Shown: positions 47,573 to 57,455 of the stretch, piece by piece | Layout: every line of letters starts with the position of its first letter | How positions within the stretch are numbered: position 1 is the stretch's first letter | Source: Candidatus Omnitrophota bacterium | GTDB taxonomy: Bacteria > Ratteibacteria > UBA8468 > B48-G9 > DTJG01 | Direction: 5' to 3' | DNA length: 64,000 bases | NCBI GenBank assembly: GCA_023818965.1 | Contig: JAMWCD010000001.1 | Span: forward strand, 9,509-73,508 | Program-made: the position numbers and the translations under genes | The notes under the pieces: model-generated | Databases searched by the model: none | Told to the model about the DNA's origin: nothing | What the model saw: the letters and a program-made list of their open reading frames with translations, nothing else

Positions 47573-47731
47573 TCATCCTTTCAGGTTGATGTATTTGTCA
47601 GGTTCTTTTTCAAACTTTGCTTTACATCTCGGGGAACAAAAGTAGAATGTTTTACCATCCTTTTCTACAACATTCTTTGTTGAATTTTTCAGCCATACTC
47701 TGCAAACAGGATCTTTGATTGTTTTCTTCAT
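47573..47731 (-). CDS. YHS/TRASH-domain small metal-binding protein (52 aa, absent from ORF track)
   Basis: KDPVC...GKTFYFCSPRCKAKFEKEPDKY; AAGGAG upstream. Confidence 0.88.
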   Translation of the reverse strand: MKKTIKDPVCRVWLKNSTKNVVEKDGKTFYFCSPRCKAKFEKEPDKYINLKG

Positions 47732-47753
47732 AACCTTTCTCCTTCTTTTTTTA

Positions 47754-47782
47754 ATTATACTTCATAATTTGAAACAAGTCAA
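47754..47782 (-). promoter_or_regulatory. Sigma70 promoter for YHS gene
   Basis: TTGACT, 17-nt spacer, TATAAT on the - strand. Confidence 0.65.
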
Positions 47783-47832
47783 ATTTTTTCTCACATTTTC
47801 CAGAAATTTAAGGGAATATTGAAAACGGCTGT

Positions 47833-48675
47833 TTATGATAAAATCTCAACAAGTTTAATAATTTTATTAATTTCAATCTGATGGCTTCTCATTGATGGTT
47901 CTATTTGCAGATGTTGAATAATCGCAAGGATATCTTTTTTGTCAATCCTGAATGAGGAAGAAAGAACGTTCAGGATATTCTTTCTTCTATGGACAAAAAT
48001 TTTTGGAACTGTCTCAAGAAATAATTTTTCGTCCTTAATCTGATATTCTAATTTTTCCTTCGGGGTTATTTTCATTACTACGGATTTCACATCAGGCACA
48101 GGGAAAAAAACAGAACCAGGGATCCTATAACATATTGAGCAATTTGTAAAAACAGAGAAGAAAACTGACATATGATTAAAATTTTTATCACCTGGTATTG
48201 CCATAATTTTTAATGCAACATCTTCTGGTATCATTACAAGAGCAAAATTCCAGAACATTTTTAATTCAATAAGTTTAAAGAGAATTAGTGAAGCCACAGA
48301 ATAAGGGAGATTTCCAGTAATTTTGACCTTTTCTTTGAGTGAACTGAAAAATTGTTCATCAAGTTTCAAAAAGTCATTGTTGATAATATGAACATGGGAA
48401 CAATTTTTCAATCGATTTTTCAAAATTTCAGCAATTTTTCTATCCTTTTCAACCGCATAGACGGTCCCACACTTTTCTGCAATAACTCCTGTTAATGCAC
48501 CAAGTCCTGGACCAATCTCAACAACTATATCTTTTCTTGTGATGTCCGCAAATGAAAGAATTTTATCTCTTACATTTCTATCAATGAGAAAATTCTGACC
48601 TAACTTTTTTTCTAAAACGATATTATTTTCTTTCAGGACCGCCAGAAGTTCCGTAAGAGTAAGAAATGTATCCAT
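47833..48675 (-). CDS. rsmA: 16S rRNA dimethyltransferase RsmA/KsgA
   Basis: KKLGQNFLID, VEIGPGLGALT, GNLPY, FFPVPDVKS. Confidence 0.95.
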   Translation of the reverse strand: MDTFLTLTELLAVLKENNIVLEKKLGQNFLIDRNVRDKILSFADITRKDIVVEIGPGLGALTGVIAEKCGTVYAVEKDRKIAEILKNRLKNCSHVHIINNDFLKLDEQFFSSLKEKVKITGNLPYSVASLILFKLIELKMFWNFALVMIPEDVALKIMAIPGDKNFNHMSVFFSVFTNCSICYRIPGSVFFPVPDVKSVVMKITPKEKLEYQIKDEKLFLETVPKIFVHRRKNILNVLSSSFRIDKKDILAIIQHLQIEPSMRSHQIEINKIIKLVEILS

Positions 48676-49655
48676 CAGTTGTTTTTTGCCATTTTAATGG
48701 CAGTAAGGATTGCCTCTTTCATTGGTATAACATCTGCTTTACCAGTCCATGCAATATCAAATGCTGTTCCATGCCCTGGACTTGTTCTTATCCAGCCCGA
48801 AGCATTTACTGTAATATTAACCAGTTCTTCAAAAAACATTGTTTTTAGAACAATCATCGCCTGATCATGGTATAAAGATACAATAAGGTCAAAATCCTTA
48901 TCGCTAATATTTTTCCTGAAAATAGCATCTGCTGGAAATGGTCCTGAGACAGAAAATCCATTTTGACGCAGTTTCTCCATTGCAGGGATAATGATGTTAT
49001 TTTCTTCATCGCCCATTGTTCCTGATTCTCCTGCATGGGGATTCAGACCACAGAAGCCAATACTCATATTTTTTATTTTGAAAAATTTTGCAATGAATTC
49101 GGATGTAATTTTTGTAGACAAAAATAAATGTTCTACTGTGAGATGTTTCCAGATATCACGCATGGGAATGTGTACAGTGGTAAGTAGTACTTTAAGATTT
49201 TTAGTACCCATCAGCATATATGTTTTTTCTCCTGAAAATGAAGATAGTGCATCAGTATGTCCACTGTAGTGAATACCTGCAAGTTTCCAGGCAGTTTTTG
49301 AAATGGGTGCAGTAACAAGGCAATCAGCATATTGATTTGAAAGCAGTTGCCACGCTTTTTCAAAATATTTAAATGAAGCCATACCTGTAAGATGATGATT
49401 TATTCCAGAAGGAAATTCAGTATTTTTTATGACACCTGTCTCAACAAAAAAAATTTCACCTGTTTTATCTTCAGTCCATCTTGTGATTTTTTTCTTTACA
49501 TTGAAAAACTTTTTTACCCGCGATATGACTGGTTCATCTATGACAAGAATCGGAACAAATTTAACACCCTCATCAAGTAATTGGGATACCGCTTTGATGG
49601 ATATTTCAGGACCAATTCCTGCAGGATCCCCTGTTGATATCAGTACACGAATCAT
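48675..49655 (-). CDS. pdxA: 4-hydroxythreonine-4-phosphate dehydrogenase
   Basis: GDPAGIGPE, TAPISK, GHTD, LNPHAGE, YHDQ, RTSPGHGTAFDIA. Confidence 0.95.
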   Translation of the reverse strand: MIRVLISTGDPAGIGPEISIKAVSQLLDEGVKFVPILVIDEPVISRVKKFFNVKKKITRWTEDKTGEIFFVETGVIKNTEFPSGINHHLTGMASFKYFEKAWQLLSNQYADCLVTAPISKTAWKLAGIHYSGHTDALSSFSGEKTYMLMGTKNLKVLLTTVHIPMRDIWKHLTVEHLFLSTKITSEFIAKFFKIKNMSIGFCGLNPHAGESGTMGDEENNIIIPAMEKLRQNGFSVSGPFPADAIFRKNISDKDFDLIVSLYHDQAMIVLKTMFFEELVNITVNASGWIRTSPGHGTAFDIAWTGKADVIPMKEAILTAIKMAKNN

Positions 49656-50497
49656 TGATTGTAGTTTGTGAAAATCTTTTTTGAGATACTCTCATCAAAT
49701 ATTTTCACCGGGATACTTTGAAGAAGTTTGTTTATGTATTCTCTGTATGCTGTATTGACTTTTCCCTGATATATTTCCTGCCTTGCAATTTTATATAATT
49801 GCTCAGGAGTATTGTCTCTTATTTCATAAACCAGATACACGATAAATTTCTCACTGCTTTTTACAATAACTGGTTTGTCCTTTCCTGCCTCAAGCAATTG
49901 AGATAGTAAAGAGGGGTCAATTTTACTGACGCTTATCCATCCTGTTGAATCCATTTCAGAAATTGCTGATTTGTTTTCTCTGATTTTTGAAACAAATGTT
50001 TCTGCAGATGTAATATCATCAAAAGTTTTTCTGAGTAAGAAAATCTGTTTTTCTTTTGGCATTTTACTCATTCGGTCTGCAATTTCTACTGGCGAAATGT
50101 GAATTCCGCTGTAAATTTTCTGGGCAACAAGTTTTTCACTTCTTATCTGGTCAGCAAGAATTTCTCTGTACTGATTAACTGTTAAACCATTTTCTTTAAT
50201 GAAAGAGAGAAAATCAACATTCCTTTTCTTCCACTCATTGACGATAAGGTCTAATCTGTTGTCAATTTCTTCTTTGCTGACAAAAATATTTTCTTTTTTT
50301 GCCTGAATAATAAGAAGGTTTTCTTCAATCAATTGAAGTAGTGCTTCTTCAAAAGATATTCCTCTTGTCTGCGCCCGTTCTTTTACATCATTTTCCCATA
50401 TGATTCTCTTTCCAACTGTTGCAATGGTCGTATCTGTACCACAATAAAGGCACGTAATAAATCCAAAAAGTAAAAATAAAAGGTATTTCTTTTTCAT
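49652..50497 (-). CDS. SurA N-terminal domain chaperone
   Basis: Signal peptide, IATVGKRII, L.QLIEE.LL.Q.AKK; surA-pdxA-rsmA order is established synteny. Confidence 0.75.
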   Translation of the reverse strand: MKKKYLLFLLFGFITCLYCGTDTTIATVGKRIIWENDVKERAQTRGISFEEALLQLIEENLLIIQAKKENIFVSKEEIDNRLDLIVNEWKKRNVDFLSFIKENGLTVNQYREILADQIRSEKLVAQKIYSGIHISPVEIADRMSKMPKEKQIFLLRKTFDDITSAETFVSKIRENKSAISEMDSTGWISVSKIDPSLLSQLLEAGKDKPVIVKSSEKFIVYLVYEIRDNTPEQLYKIARQEIYQGKVNTAYREYINKLLQSIPVKIFDESISKKIFTNYNQ

Positions 50498-51414
50498 AAC
50501 TGCTTCAATTTTTCGCTATATCTGATAATTTTTGATTCATTTTTTATCTGGTTGACATAAGTATTGAGTAGTTGTGTTCGTTTCTGGTTTATCAAAATTT
50601 GTTTAATTGTTGGTGTTGCTTCTTCAAGGGTTTGTAAATGTGCTGGTTGTTTTTCTCCTATTTTTATGATGTGATAACCCTGGTCTGTTCTTACAACTTT
50701 TTCAAGAACACTGTTGGGTTTCATTGAGAAAAGAATTTCTTCAAGTTCTGGCATCAATTGACCTCGTGATATCATACCAAGGTCTCCACCTTTATCTTTT
50801 GAAGGACTTATTGATTCCTTTTTTGCTATCTCAGAAAAATCCTCGCCACTGGAAATTCTATTAAGGATATTTCTTGCCTCTTCTTCTGTGGCAACAACAA
50901 TTTCATACAGATGAACTCTTTCAGGAACAAGAAAGTCCTTGAGATTGTTGTTATAGTAATTTTTTATCTCGTCCTGAGAAATGTCTGCCTTGCTCAACAC
51001 CTGGTCTGCAAGAAATTCTTTGATGAGAAGGTCGTTTTTGTAATTCTCAATGGCTTTTTTGATTTCCTTGCTGTACTTCCTTTCAAATTTTTTTGCTTTT
51101 TGCATCAGAAGACGTTCTCCAATATAATCCTCCAACGCCTGTTGCGGAAACTGTTTAACATATTGTTGATAAAATTCAGGGTATGATGAAATTTTTTGTT
51201 TTAATGCTGATAGGGTGATAATTTCTCCGTTTACAATTGCTACAGCATTTTTTTTCAAATACTGTCTATAAGCAATGTTTGAAGCCACTACAATGACTGC
51301 AATGACCACGATAGTGATCAATGCCTTTTTCCTTTTCTTTCTATCAACAAAACAATTTTTTGTTCTTTCAATAAATTTTTTCCAGCAATTTTTTACATTT
51401 TCTTTTATTTTCAC
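50494..51414 (-). CDS. Membrane-anchored PpiC-type peptidyl-prolyl isomerase
   Basis: TM anchor, VAIVNGE, FSEIAKKES...GGDLG, GYHII. Confidence 0.9.
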   Translation of the reverse strand: MKIKENVKNCWKKFIERTKNCFVDRKKRKKALITIVVIAVIVVASNIAYRQYLKKNAVAIVNGEIITLSALKQKISSYPEFYQQYVKQFPQQALEDYIGERLLMQKAKKFERKYSKEIKKAIENYKNDLLIKEFLADQVLSKADISQDEIKNYYNNNLKDFLVPERVHLYEIVVATEEEARNILNRISSGEDFSEIAKKESISPSKDKGGDLGMISRGQLMPELEEILFSMKPNSVLEKVVRTDQGYHIIKIGEKQPAHLQTLEEATPTIKQILINQKRTQLLNTYVNQIKNESKIIRYSEKLKQL

Positions 51415-53723
51415 TGTCTTCTCCTTTCAAGAATTTTGTTATTCTGCCTGTCATAAATAATACGATATCTGGTTTCTGCTTTTATTTCATTGTCTGTTAT
51501 TATACCATCGTTATTTAAATCTTGCACCTTTTGAGATATGACAGTAATTTTGAAAACATTTCCACGCACTGTAATGAGGTTACTGATGGCAGAAATCACC
51601 ATTTCTTTTTCGTCTTCTGTATCAACCCATTTATTGTTGTTATTGTCAATGCCGTCGTTTCCAAACTTTGTTATTTCATTGTTTAACGGACTTTTGTATT
51701 TTCCTACAATATCAGAGACATCTTTAAATGGTCTTGCTGAAATGATTTCATTTGCAATATTTGCATCAACAAGAGGAAGACACTGGAGCACAGGAGAAGA
51801 GGCAGTATTTATATTGATTCTTCCTGAAACCGGGATTTCTGGTTTTTCAGCGATTGTAAAAACATCAAGAAGTTTTTTATCATAATTTTTCCACATGTTT
51901 AATGTCTCCCATTGTTTTCCTTTATGAACAAATGAAAGTTCTGCAGGAGATGAAAATGGATGATTTTTTACTCTAAACGACGCTTGCCAGCAGATAAACT
52001 GGTTGTCAATGGTAAATTCTCCACCTGAGGATGGAGAAAAACATGAATTCATTTTTCCTGGTGTTTTTGCTCCCAGAAACCACTGCTGAACCCTGGGGTC
52101 ATTTTTTTGTTTTGTGTCATTGCCTGGTTTATCAGAACCATAGTCGGTTTCTTCTATTAATTGATTTTTTTCATTTACAAGATACATTTTTCCATTAAGG
52201 ACTGTGTCAATATGGAAAATTTTTCTGATGATTGAAAATACTTTTGAAAGGGCAGGGATATCAAAGTTCATAAAGAGTATTGGTTCATACTGGTCAGCAC
52301 CTGCAGGTTCCTTTATTGGAAAGAAAAAAGGAGTTACAACAATACCTTCAGCAGTATACAATATGACAATTTTCCATTTGATTGAGTCACCAATAAGATA
52401 ATATGAATGTGGTTTGATGATGGTTCCCTCAGGAATTTTTATGTGGTCAGGCATCAATGATTTGAAAAATGGTTCTATTTTTGATGTATCAGGTTTTTCG
52501 CCCTTTTCAATTTTATCAATGGTTTGTTGTGATTGATTATTGACATCAAAAATATTTGAGTCAGGTAGTGTTATCATCCCGCCTTTGATTGTCCAGTTAC
52601 TGATATCAACTGGCACATCATATGGATTGAAGATTTCAATAAATTGTGGTCCAAGTTCTTCAATGATTGTAACTGGAATACCTCCTGGACCTTTTGCATC
52701 TTCTATTTTCATTTCTGGGCAGGGTTCAATTTCATTCAAATACGGTGTCCTGTCAATTCCAATGAAACGTCTTCCTTCAGGAGTTTTTATTACTGTTGGA
52801 GTGCTGTCTCTGTCCCTGTAATCCAGAATATTTAATGCAATCTGAATTGCCTGGTTCTTTTCATATCCAATTCCTGTAAGGATTGAAACAATTTGTTCAA
52901 GTGATGCCTTATTAATGTTTGTGCGAAGATAATTTTCGGCATCAATATTCAAATCATAACTATGACAGGTAATATGATTTTTGATTTTATTATAAATTGT
53001 TTCTGTCATTCTTTTCAGCATCTTAATATCTTCAATCACAAAAAATGGTCTATCATCACCAGATGGTTTTGCGTGATGAAATTCATCTGGCTCGTCAATG
53101 CCTTCATTATTTTCATCAATAATTCCATCACCATCATTATCAATTCCATCATCTGAAAGTGTTTCATTGTCCCTGTCATCATCATTATCCTTCACACCTG
53201 CCTGTAAATCTTTCCCATTTCTGAATAACACAAGTTTATCTGCAATGGCATCACATAGCCCCGGGAAAAAACCAATTTCAAATGTTGTCCACCCTTCATT
53301 AAAACTATGCCTGCCATTTTTTGAAAGATTGCCTGTATAATTGATATTTATGGAGCCATTTTCATCTCTGACCAGTACTGCATATCGTGCAACAATTTTT
53401 TTCCTGAAGTTTTTTACATAGAAAAATTTACTTTCTTTTATTCCGTCTCCATCAATATCAACATCATCTCCTGAAAATGTCGTGTTCCATGACTCATCAT
53501 ATCCATCATAATTATTTTTATCATTTTTCAATTCCCATATTGCCTGTTCAATTCCTATTTTCGCAGCATGGTCTGCAAATGTTTTTGAAAACATAAAAAA
53601 TGATGATTTTTCCCAGTTTCCAAAAACCAGTAGTAGCCCTGCTGTTATAACAAAAAGTACCAGTATTATTCCTATGGCAAGAATGAGTGCATCACCCTCA
53701 TTGACCCATCCAGATTTCTTCAC
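51411..53723 (-). CDS. Large GspK-like tip pseudopilin with HhH, acidic repeat and lamin-tail-like inserts
   Basis: N-terminal hydrophobic helix, DENGSININ, two NIN.AS motifs, C-terminal ITVRGNVFKI. Probable GTG start 53723. Confidence 0.7.
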   Translation of the reverse strand: MKKSGWVNEGDALILAIGIILVLFVITAGLLLVFGNWEKSSFFMFSKTFADHAAKIGIEQAIWELKNDKNNYDGYDESWNTTFSGDDVDIDGDGIKESKFFYVKNFRKKIVARYAVLVRDENGSININYTGNLSKNGRHSFNEGWTTFEIGFFPGLCDAIADKLVLFRNGKDLQAGVKDNDDDRDNETLSDDGIDNDGDGIIDENNEGIDEPDEFHHAKPSGDDRPFFVIEDIKMLKRMTETIYNKIKNHITCHSYDLNIDAENYLRTNINKASLEQIVSILTGIGYEKNQAIQIALNILDYRDRDSTPTVIKTPEGRRFIGIDRTPYLNEIEPCPEMKIEDAKGPGGIPVTIIEELGPQFIEIFNPYDVPVDISNWTIKGGMITLPDSNIFDVNNQSQQTIDKIEKGEKPDTSKIEPFFKSLMPDHIKIPEGTIIKPHSYYLIGDSIKWKIVILYTAEGIVVTPFFFPIKEPAGADQYEPILFMNFDIPALSKVFSIIRKIFHIDTVLNGKMYLVNEKNQLIEETDYGSDKPGNDTKQKNDPRVQQWFLGAKTPGKMNSCFSPSSGGEFTIDNQFICWQASFRVKNHPFSSPAELSFVHKGKQWETLNMWKNYDKKLLDVFTIAEKPEIPVSGRININTASSPVLQCLPLVDANIANEIISARPFKDVSDIVGKYKSPLNNEITKFGNDGIDNNNNKWVDTEDEKEMVISAISNLITVRGNVFKITVISQKVQDLNNDGIITDNEIKAETRYRIIYDRQNNKILERRRQ

Positions 53724-54315
53724 TGAAACCCTTTTCAATTCTTCTTCCTTCAAGATTTCCTCCATACAGGATGAAAAACACCTTAATTTTTTCAGGCAAT
53801 TTTGCATTTTCTTCCTGATTTTTTGTATCCCAGTAATTTTGCCATGATGAACCGTCCCAGTAAGAAAATTCAAGTTTTTTAACGTTTTCTACCAGTATTT
53901 GACTGCCTGAGAATCCTGATGGAAATTCGTATGAGTCCATACTGGCATCAATTCTTTCAAAAGACATTTTGATTTTATCCCCATCAAGATAGATTCCATA
54001 CATTCCAAGGTCAGAACCTTTTCCTTCAGTATATGGTGCAACAAATTTTATTGATGTTTCTGTACCGACAAAATCAATTCTGAAATTTCCAGGGATATTC
54101 CTGATAATGGCTTGTTTAAGTTTTGGCCTTAAAAATAAAATAAAATCGGTTGCCCTTTGTGAAATTGTTTTCTCTGCTGATTGAGAGGAGATTCTTCGTG
54201 TGATTGATGAAAAAATTAAAAAACCTGAAATAAAAACAACAACAATAATGACCATCGCAACAATAATTTCAACAAGAGACATCCCACGACTATCTCTGTT
54301 GCAGGGCAGAAACAA
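53698..54315 (-). CDS. GspJ-like minor pseudopilin
   Basis: G|MSLVE cleavage motif; C-terminal FSYWDG..W...WD....LPEKI. Start uncertain. Confidence 0.75.
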   Translation of the reverse strand: MFLPCNRDSRGMSLVEIIVAMVIIVVVFISGFLIFSSITRRISSQSAEKTISQRATDFILFLRPKLKQAIIRNIPGNFRIDFVGTETSIKFVAPYTEGKGSDLGMYGIYLDGDKIKMSFERIDASMDSYEFPSGFSGSQILVENVKKLEFSYWDGSSWQNYWDTKNQEENAKLPEKIKVFFILYGGNLEGRRIEKGFSEEIWMGQ

Positions 54316-54652
54316 ATTCTTCAGAATATTGTTTTCCTTCAATGGTTCTGGTGAATTTGATACGAACTTCATACAAATGTTCCCTGATTTTTATAAAATT
54401 AACCGTATAAAAAAGATTTGAAAAACCCTGCATTTTCCCTTCAATCTTATCAGGAACTTCAATTCCCTGAGTTCCAAAATCTTCTTGAATTTTGTCAAAC
54501 AAAATATCTGCAGCAATTGAAAAGTCCTGAAAATCAGTTGCTCTCCTGAAAAGTTTTTCTGTTTGCTGTACGATCATCATTACGCAGGATATTCCAATGA
54601 TGATAATAATTGTTGCCACCAGTGCCGAGATAAGAGAAAATCCTTTTTTCAT
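54290..54652 (-). CDS. GspI-like minor pseudopilin
   Basis: MKKG|FSLIS (Glu5 absent); small size; position between H-like and J-like genes. Confidence 0.65.
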   Translation of the reverse strand: MKKGFSLISALVATIIIIIGISCVMMIVQQTEKLFRRATDFQDFSIAADILFDKIQEDFGTQGIEVPDKIEGKMQGFSNLFYTVNFIKIREHLYEVRIKFTRTIEGKQYSEEFVSALQQR

Positions 54653-55116
54653 TTTTCTACAGATGTTTTTTCAACTGTACAGAGACCAGTCAAATTATAT
54701 AAAATAATTTTCCTTGTTTTTTTTGTTGATGTATCCTCAATGATTAAGTGCCCTGCCTGCTTTGCTGCGCCTTCAGGTAAAAATTCAACAGGAGAAAAGC
54801 CATCTGTCTTTTCTTTAATGACAATAGATTGAGGAAATTTATAAACTTTTCCCAGAAGTTTCCCATCATCTAAATAAATGCCGCAGGAATTGTTTTCAAA
54901 AACAACACTAACGACTTTATGGTTTGCAATTGCGTATGAACGGCCAGTATGAAGCATTTCACATATGGTTTGGATTGCTAAATCAAGATTTTTTTGCCTT
55001 ATTGCTTTATGTGGGAAAAAAACTGAAAAACTTGCAATCAAAGAAATGATGATTATGACAACAAGAATTTCAATTAATGTGATACCTTTTTTATCACCAG
55101 TTTCCAATGTCATCAT
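54649..55116 (-). CDS. GspH/FimT-like minor pseudopilin
   Basis: KKG|ITLIE, GRSYAIA, VEFLPEG, LTG. Start uncertain. Confidence 0.75.
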   Translation of the reverse strand: MMTLETGDKKGITLIEILVVIIIISLIASFSVFFPHKAIRQKNLDLAIQTICEMLHTGRSYAIANHKVVSVVFENNSCGIYLDDGKLLGKVYKFPQSIVIKEKTDGFSPVEFLPEGAAKQAGHLIIEDTSTKKTRKIILYNLTGLCTVEKTSVEK

Positions 55117-55531
55117 TTGTGTCAAATTTTCTATCAGGACCTGATGAAACAATGATGAAAGGAACATTATTTTTTTCTGATTGTGGATAGAAGTAATGAA
55201 TAGGATTCCTCCATGTATCCACAATGTTATTTTCCTGGTCAATATCATTTTGTTTGAATCTCATATATGGACCTTTCCAGTTTTCATCTTCAATAGGTCC
55301 CATCAATGCCTCAACAAGGATTTTGCTTGAACCGGAACTATTTGGAAAATCACCCATATCTGTTTGATACATAAACAATGCTGCTTCAAGTGAAGAAATC
55401 ATTCCTTTGGTTCTTAATATCGCTGCCTTATTTCTTGCTTTTTTCAATGCTGGCAAACTGATGGCAGCAACCATTGATATGATTGTTAAAACAACAAGAA
55501 TTTCTATTAGAGTAAAGCCCGATTTTTTCAT
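55094..55531 (-). CDS. gspG: GspG-like major pseudopilin
   Basis: G|FTLIE, Y..D.G.FP, WKGPY, DTWRNP, SSGPD...DDIGNW. Confidence 0.88.
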   Translation of the reverse strand: MKKSGFTLIEILVVLTIISMVAAISLPALKKARNKAAILRTKGMISSLEAALFMYQTDMGDFPNSSGSSKILVEALMGPIEDENWKGPYMRFKQNDIDQENNIVDTWRNPIHYFYPQSEKNNVPFIIVSSGPDRKFDTNDDIGNW

Positions 55532-55536
55532 TTTCT

Positions 55537-56181
55537 TTAAAACGGGAGTTTGTTTCTAACTCTTACAAGGGTTGTTGCAATTGTTTGTGGTCTTGTCTTC
55601 AAAGATGGGTCATTACTTTTTCCTATTAATGTAATTTTTACTGCATCAGGTGTTTCTAACTGTAAATTATCAATTTGTTTAAGTCCTGCTGATGTTATTT
55701 TATAATAAATAAATTGTGTTCCTGATGCAAGTTGTATTGATTTGTTAACATCAATAAGTTTCCAGTATCCTGAATTCCTTGCAGGAACACCGGTTAAATT
55801 TGTCTTTGCCTGCCACAGTGTTGTATCTGTGTCTGTTGTTGGTAGGTTGGATGGCATTCCTGAGTTCATCCCAGGAGAAATAAGATAAAAAACTGTTTCT
55901 CCTTTTGTTTTATCGTACAAACCAAGTTCATAACAGGGATTCTGTAAATCATTTTTTACATCATGAGCAAATTCAAGTCCAATTGTATTCCTTGAGCCAT
56001 AAGTGATTTCAGTAATCATTGCGTTTAACTCATTCTGGATTTCATTTTGATAAGTGATGAGTTTGCGAAGACGTGCTGCTTTTGCATAGAGAAAGGCAGA
56101 TAATCCAACAACAATTACAAGAAGTGCCAGTGCCACAAGTATTTCAAGCAATGTGAAGCCGGACTTATTTTTTTTCATCAA
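55537..56181 (-). CDS. PilW/GspJ-like minor pilin
   Basis: KSG|FTLLE; C-terminal VKITL...TLVRVRN. Confidence 0.75.
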   Translation of the reverse strand: MMKKNKSGFTLLEILVALALLVIVVGLSAFLYAKAARLRKLITYQNEIQNELNAMITEITYGSRNTIGLEFAHDVKNDLQNPCYELGLYDKTKGETVFYLISPGMNSGMPSNLPTTDTDTTLWQAKTNLTGVPARNSGYWKLIDVNKSIQLASGTQFIYYKITSAGLKQIDNLQLETPDAVKITLIGKSNDPSLKTRPQTIATTLVRVRNKLPF

Positions 56182-56624
56182 TATATCCCGTTTCTTGTAA
56201 TAAAAACTGGCATACGAAGTAAAAGATAATTATTTTTTGCTCTTCTTACTTCTAACTTTATTTTTCTCAATACAACCTTATCTGTTTCAGTACCAGTTGC
56301 TTCGCTTCCATCTGATTTATACCAGACACATCCTGCATAAACTTTGAAAGACGGGTCAGGACTTGAAATTGGTGGTAATGGGTCTGTTTCACTTATTTTT
56401 TGGGGATAATCACTTTGTCTGTCTGCATACACAGGCGGAAAATCAATGATATTAACCATTTCAATATAATACTGGGCAATTGCAGAAGCAAGAAGCATTT
56501 CATTTGATTTTTGCATGATATTCAAATTTCCTGCAATAATCAGTAGTCCTGTCCCAACAACAATTGTGAGTAAAAACATTGCTACAACAAGTTCAAGAAT
56601 TGAAAATCCTGCCTTTACAGGCAT
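56178..56624 (-). CDS. PilV/GspI-like minor pilin
   Basis: MPVKAG|FSILELVVAM. ATG at 56624 preferred. Confidence 0.75.
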   Translation of the reverse strand: MPVKAGFSILELVVAMFLLTIVVGTGLLIIAGNLNIMQKSNEMLLASAIAQYYIEMVNIIDFPPVYADRQSDYPQKISETDPLPPISSPDPSFKVYAGCVWYKSDGSEATGTETDKVVLRKIKLEVRRAKNNYLLLRMPVFITRNGIY

Positions 56625-56802
56625 TTTCTTTTTCTTCCCCTGCCACCGGTATTCCAGCCAACTATGCGCTATTTTCATCCTTGTCATATCCTGTTTCTTT
56701 AAAGTTTCTAATAAATTCACAACCTATTCCATTTTCTCTGCTTTTTCTATTCTATTATTACTGAGTCCACCCGTTGCAAAGGTCCTTAAATGCCCAGAGC
56801 GC

Positions 56803-57066
56803 TCAATATACATTGCCCCTAAAATCAACCGTATCCACAATAATGCGACTGTTATCCCTATCAATCTTAACTATCATCCTGATGTTTCCGATTCTTATCC
56901 TGTGGTAGCCATACCATTTGCCTTTTAACTTTTTCACATCCATGACTATATTTTCTCCTGCGTATCTGAGAATAAGTTTTCTTATAATTTCTCTTACTTT
57001 ATCTTCTACTTTTTGCTCCTTGATAAACTTATAGGCTCTATTAGAATAACAAATTTGCCATTTCAT
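56803..57066 (-). CDS. RelE/ParE-family toxin
   Basis: 87-aa basic protein with DVKKLKG....RIRIG..R and DFRGNVY C-terminus. Confidence 0.88.
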   Translation of the reverse strand: MKWQICYSNRAYKFIKEQKVEDKVREIIRKLILRYAGENIVMDVKKLKGKWYGYHRIRIGNIRMIVKIDRDNSRIIVDTVDFRGNVY

Positions 57067-57269
57067 ATTTCTATCTGTTCAGAGTGAACAATATTTTTGT
57101 CTGGCGCTTTATATCTTTCTTTAATCTCTGTCATTTCTTTTTCTGATATTTCCGGAGTTAGTTCTAACCTTATTTTAAAAAATTCTTCTTTTATCGTCTC
57201 CCTAATTGTTTCTTTTATCACATCCCTTAGTTCTTTCTTACTATTAACTATCAATCTTTGAGTACCCAT
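57063..57269 (-). CDS. Putative antitoxin
   Basis: Small charged ORF with ATGA overlap onto the toxin start; RBS AAGGAGGG. Confidence 0.7.
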   Translation of the reverse strand: MGTQRLIVNSKKELRDVIKETIRETIKEEFFKIRLELTPEISEKEMTEIKERYKAPDKNIVHSEQIEI

Positions 57270-57345
57270 TTTCAATTCCCTCCTTTTGCTCCTTTGGATT
57301 CTGCCAATTTTGGATAATTATTTTTTACCCTTTCCCTTCTCTTTT

Positions 57346-57455
57346 AAATCCCCCTATTTCCCCCTTTTGAAAATCCCCCTTCCATTCCCCCTTTTATAAA
57401 GGGGGACAGAGGGGGATTGAGGGGATTTCAACCTCCCCCTGCATCCCCTCCTTTT
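57346..57455. repeat. C5/G5 hairpin repeat cluster 4
   Basis: AAATCCCCCTTCCATTCCCCCTTTTATAAAGGGGGA closely matches 40546-40582. Confidence 0.85.
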
